This document shows positions 47,277-50,363 of a stretch of 50,363 bases of DNA, in pieces. The notes below the pieces were generated by a model, which saw nothing but the letters and a program-made list of their open reading frames with translations, made no database searches and was not told the origin of the DNA. Origin of the DNA: Promethearchaeota archaeon (GTDB lineage: Archaea; Asgardarchaeota; Lokiarchaeia; Sigyniarchaeales; SOKP01); contig JABCSY010000018.1 of NCBI GenBank assembly GCA_018238625.1, forward strand, positions 1 through 50,363. The letters run 5' to 3'. Every line of letters begins with the position of its first letter. The first letter of the stretch is position 1. The translations under genes and the position numbers were made by a program.

Positions 47277-48671
47277 TTAATTTACTTTTTTAGTATTTAC
47301 TAGTGTTTTCTTAATTTTATCATAAACTTGTGTAACTCTACTTTTCCATTCTTCAAATTTCACAATATCATTTGGAAAGTTCTTGTATAGTTTTGAAATT
47401 TCGTTCATCCTTATTCTGAGGAAATTTAAATCTAATAATAGGTTTGACTTAGAGAGCCCTTTAAACGCCTTTGTTACCATATTAAGCAACGATAAATCCA
47501 TTCGTCCAGTTGAAGAGATTTCAAGAATTTCTTCTCCACTTAGTAAATCATTTTGCAAAGCAAAATTTAGTTCGTCGTTGGATAGAACTTGGAGAGTCAT
47601 TCTTAGCAAATCTAATGAAGCAAATTCCGCGCCGATACGGGTCATTACGCTATAATTATAACCCCATAATGAGTTAATTGAGTAATCTTCTTTTTCAATA
47701 GCGGCTAAAGCATTGTTGGCAGCAAAAAAGCCTCCTCTCATTGAAGGATCGATCCCACCTCCGTGAAGTGGATTAACTTGGCAAGCGGCGTCTCCAACGA
47801 GCATTATACCATCGTCTGCGCACGACCAAATAGGCCTTCTAACGGGCACTACGCCCCCTCCAGAAGAAATAACTTCATACTTTGAAGTTTTAATATATTC
47901 TTTAAAAACATTTTGTTGATATAGGTTTTTTACTTTACCTTTGTAATCCATAAACGTCCCTAAACCAATATTTACGGATGATTCATTTCTTGGGAAATAC
48001 CAAATATAACCTCCCGGTGCTTTTTCGCTATTTAAGGTTATTGAAATATATTCAGGATCTTTAATGTTTAGGTCTTGAGGAGAGAATTTTACAATTTCCC
48101 TATAGCAAAGAATGCAATCTTCCTTTAAAATCTCTTTCTCGATTAAAGCGCTTTTTACCTTCTTTCTTATTGGAGAATAAAAACCAGATGCATCAATTAC
48201 AATTTTAGATTTTAAATCTAATTTCTCGCCATTTTTTAGCTTTACTTTTACTCCAGTAACGAAATTTTTGTTATATAATAAATCTAAAACCATCGTTTTA
48301 TCCATAAACTGCTCTACGCCGGCATCTAATGCTTCGTTAAGTAGTCTTTGCCCAAACTCTATTCTATTAACAATATAACCCGCTTGTTTTGAATCAGTTA
48401 AATCGATACATTTTTTTAGGTCAGGGGAATATAATTTTGCGCCTTTGATACGACACGAAAGCTCTTCTCCTTTTGGACGGTTAATGCTTAAAAAATCAAA
48501 AACATCTGTTCCAACAGCGTCTCCGCAAATTTTATCACCGATTTTATTTTTTTCCTTCCTGTCGATAAGGCAAACTTTTAAACCTTTTTCAGCGGCAAAC
48601 CGAGCTGCTGTACTGCCTCCCGTTCCCGCTCCAACTACGATTAAGTCAAAAAAATTCTTTAAATTTTCCAT
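47277..48671 (-). CDS. geranylgeranyl (digeranylgeranylglycerophospholipid) reductase
   Basis: VVGAGTGG, KICGD, PGGYIWYFP, VGDAA…NPLHGGGI. Confidence 0.9.
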   Translation of the reverse strand: MENLKNFFDLIVVGAGTGGSTAARFAAEKGLKVCLIDRKEKNKIGDKICGDAVGTDVFDFLSINRPKGEELSCRIKGAKLYSPDLKKCIDLTDSKQAGYIVNRIEFGQRLLNEALDAGVEQFMDKTMVLDLLYNKNFVTGVKVKLKNGEKLDLKSKIVIDASGFYSPIRKKVKSALIEKEILKEDCILCYREIVKFSPQDLNIKDPEYISITLNSEKAPGGYIWYFPRNESSVNIGLGTFMDYKGKVKNLYQQNVFKEYIKTSKYEVISSGGGVVPVRRPIWSCADDGIMLVGDAACQVNPLHGGGIDPSMRGGFFAANNALAAIEKEDYSINSLWGYNYSVMTRIGAEFASLDLLRMTLQVLSNDELNFALQNDLLSGEEILEISSTGRMDLSLLNMVTKAFKGLSKSNLLLDLNFLRIRMNEISKLYKNFPNDIVKFEEWKSRVTQVYDKIKKTLVNTKKVN

Positions 48672-48744
48672 TTTGATTTTCTTTCTTTTTTAGATGATAA
48701 CAATAGCTCTAATGATAATAAAAAATAAAAAGTTAGATTTAAGA

Positions 48745-49485
48745 TTAAATTAATGTTAATAGAAAAATTATTAGCGTTGTAAAAATAGGTACTGTCAGAT
48801 CATCATAAGTACTAGGAGAAGCTAATTCTATTATTGTTGCTAAAGCACTGGTAATTAGTGAATATAAAAAAGCAACTTCTAATGTAATATGTATTTGTGT
48901 TATTGGAATTAAAACTCCTATAAATGTAAAAGCAAAGAGACAAAGTACAAATCCACTAATAAAAAATACTAACGAACCTTCCAAAGATCTCGTAGTGCTA
49001 AGCCATGGAAGGTTTATTTTATGTTTTCCGTATTTTTTGCCAACAATCGATGCAAGGGTATCTGAAATAATCATTAACAGAATTCCAGCAATTGGGAAAT
49101 ACAACTGCTCTGGGGCTATAATGACAAAAATCGTGATCAATAATAAGATCGATAGACAGTAATTAAATGGCCCCGTTAACCGGCCTGCTTTTTCTTCTGC
49201 TTCTTCTCCTATTGAATCGTACAAATCTCTTAACTGTTTTACCTTACTTTTTTTTGAACTCAAAAAAGTTAAAATTGTCATTGAACTAGCCAATAATACA
49301 GCCCACCATGGCCAAGAAAAAAATGGAGTTATTAAAATACTTAACCCAGCAAATAAATGCACCATCTTACGAGCTTGGAATTTAGTGATTTTATCTCTCT
49401 TCTTCAATTGAACTGGTATTAAAATAGTTGCAAAAACATAAACAAATGTTAATAGTAAAAGCAGTAAATCAAATAAAATATTCAT
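48745..49485 (-). CDS. CTP-dependent polyprenol/diacylglycerol kinase family (phytol/dolichol kinase-like)
   Basis: RKMVHL, SDTLASIVGKKYGK, RSLEGS, DDLTVP; multi-TM. Confidence 0.85.
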   Translation of the reverse strand: MNILFDLLLLLLTFVYVFATILIPVQLKKRDKITKFQARKMVHLFAGLSILITPFFSWPWWAVLLASSMTILTFLSSKKSKVKQLRDLYDSIGEEAEEKAGRLTGPFNYCLSILLLITIFVIIAPEQLYFPIAGILLMIISDTLASIVGKKYGKHKINLPWLSTTRSLEGSLVFFISGFVLCLFAFTFIGVLIPITQIHITLEVAFLYSLITSALATIIELASPSTYDDLTVPIFTTLIIFLLTLI

Positions 49486-49734
49486 AGATAGTCGGTCCTT
49501 TTAATAATTATTATTAATAAACCAGAGAAAGCTTTTTTTATTAAAAATAAAATCCCACTCATTCGAATATTAAGTGTTACAATCTCAAAAAGAATGGTAT
49601 TCTTTGTACAATTTTGGATCTTTTTGAAAACTTATAAATACTACATTATCTAATCTACATACACCATATTTCAAGTGAAAATATCATGACAGAACAACAA
49701 AAAATGAAATTTTCTGATTCGATCACAAAAAAAA

Positions 49735-50363
49735 ATGTTTTTCTATACTCTTGGTGGTATAAGTAGTGGGTTAATGTTCACGATGTGGGGGCAAATTCAA
49801 TTTTTTGCGGTAAATTTTCTATTAATTCCAACAGCAGTAATTCCGTTGATCTATTTAATATATTCGATTGTAGATGGTCTAAACGATCCAATAATTGGAT
49901 ATTTAGCTGATAATTCTAAGAAATTTACTTCAAGATTTGGAAAGAGATTCCCGTGGATTATTGGAGGCTTAATTATAGGTCCAATTTTTCTAATCTTAAG
50001 TTTTATCCAAATTTCTCCTGACATTCTGATATCTGTAATTTGGCTAACTGTTATTATGGTGGTATATGATACTTTTATGTCGTCAAGGGAGATTAATGAA
50101 ATGGCTTTATTTCCCGATTTATTTAGGGAAGATTCCCATAGAAGAAAGGTAATCGTTATAGGAGCAATTATAGGGGGTATAGCAACAATTTTTATCAATG
50201 TCTTAATACCTAGATTCATATCGTCAATTGGATATTTAGGAACGGTATTTCTTGTTGTTGTTTTTGGTTACATTTTAGCCATTCCATATAGTTCTGGAAT
50301 TCGAGAACCTAAAGAAATGAAGGAATTTCGGGCAGAATTGGACAGTTCAAAAAAGGGTTCATC
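49735..50363 (+). CDS. MFS/GPH family transporter (partial, runs off window; missing from ORF track)
   Basis: Open frame MFFYTLGG…DGLNDPIIGYLADN…FGKRFPW…ALFPDLF, paralogous to 10646-12034; possible true start 49686 via a slip in the A9 run. Confidence 0.85.
   Translation, partial: MFFYTLGGISSGLMFTMWGQIQFFAVNFLLIPTAVIPLIYLIYSIVDGLNDPIIGYLADNSKKFTSRFGKRFPWIIGGLIIGPIFLILSFIQISPDILISVIWLTVIMVVYDTFMSSREINEMALFPDLFREDSHRRKVIVIGAIIGGIATIFINVLIPRFISSIGYLGTVFLVVVFGYILAIPYSSGIREPKEMKEFRAELDSSKKGS

Noticed and set aside
836-50219. Numerous short ORFs overlapping longer genes (e.g. 3812-4159, 11238-11618, 19111-19509, 30781-31257, 37603-38037, 49851-50219)
   Set aside because: Antisense or off-frame shadows of well-supported genes with no motifs of their own

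Overview
AT-rich archaeal chromosomal segment, most consistent with an Asgard archaeon of the Lokiarchaeia type. This is inferred from the archaeal ether-lipid, F420 and methanopterin genes occurring alongside eukaryote-like E1/E2/JAB genes. The standout feature is a compact ubiquitin-like conjugation locus (~14.6-21.1 kb). It encodes two paralogous modifiers with acidic N-terminal tails that end in a single Gly (…ASVAG and …ASTAG-YF) rather than di-Gly, and a membrane-anchored, non-conjugatable third copy of the same Ubl domain. It also encodes a wHTH regulator, a Uba2/Uba3-like E1, a basic E2 with loop insertions, a CSN5/Rpn11-like JAB protease and a polytopic membrane protein with a C-terminal RING-variant finger. 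A long coiled-coil protein is transcribed divergently next to it. To the left is a decayed tandem duplication of a nucleotidyltransferase-TPR-EndoQ unit that brackets a three-gene sugar oxidoreductase/MFS islet. To the right are a methanopterin/F420/riboflavin-precursor cluster, feoAB, a CpXC-LarE fusion, a PadR/HAAS membrane module, an orphan adenine methyltransferase and an archaeal lipid operon. At least two conserved genes appear to start at ATT. No rRNA, tRNA, CRISPR array or transposase was recognised.
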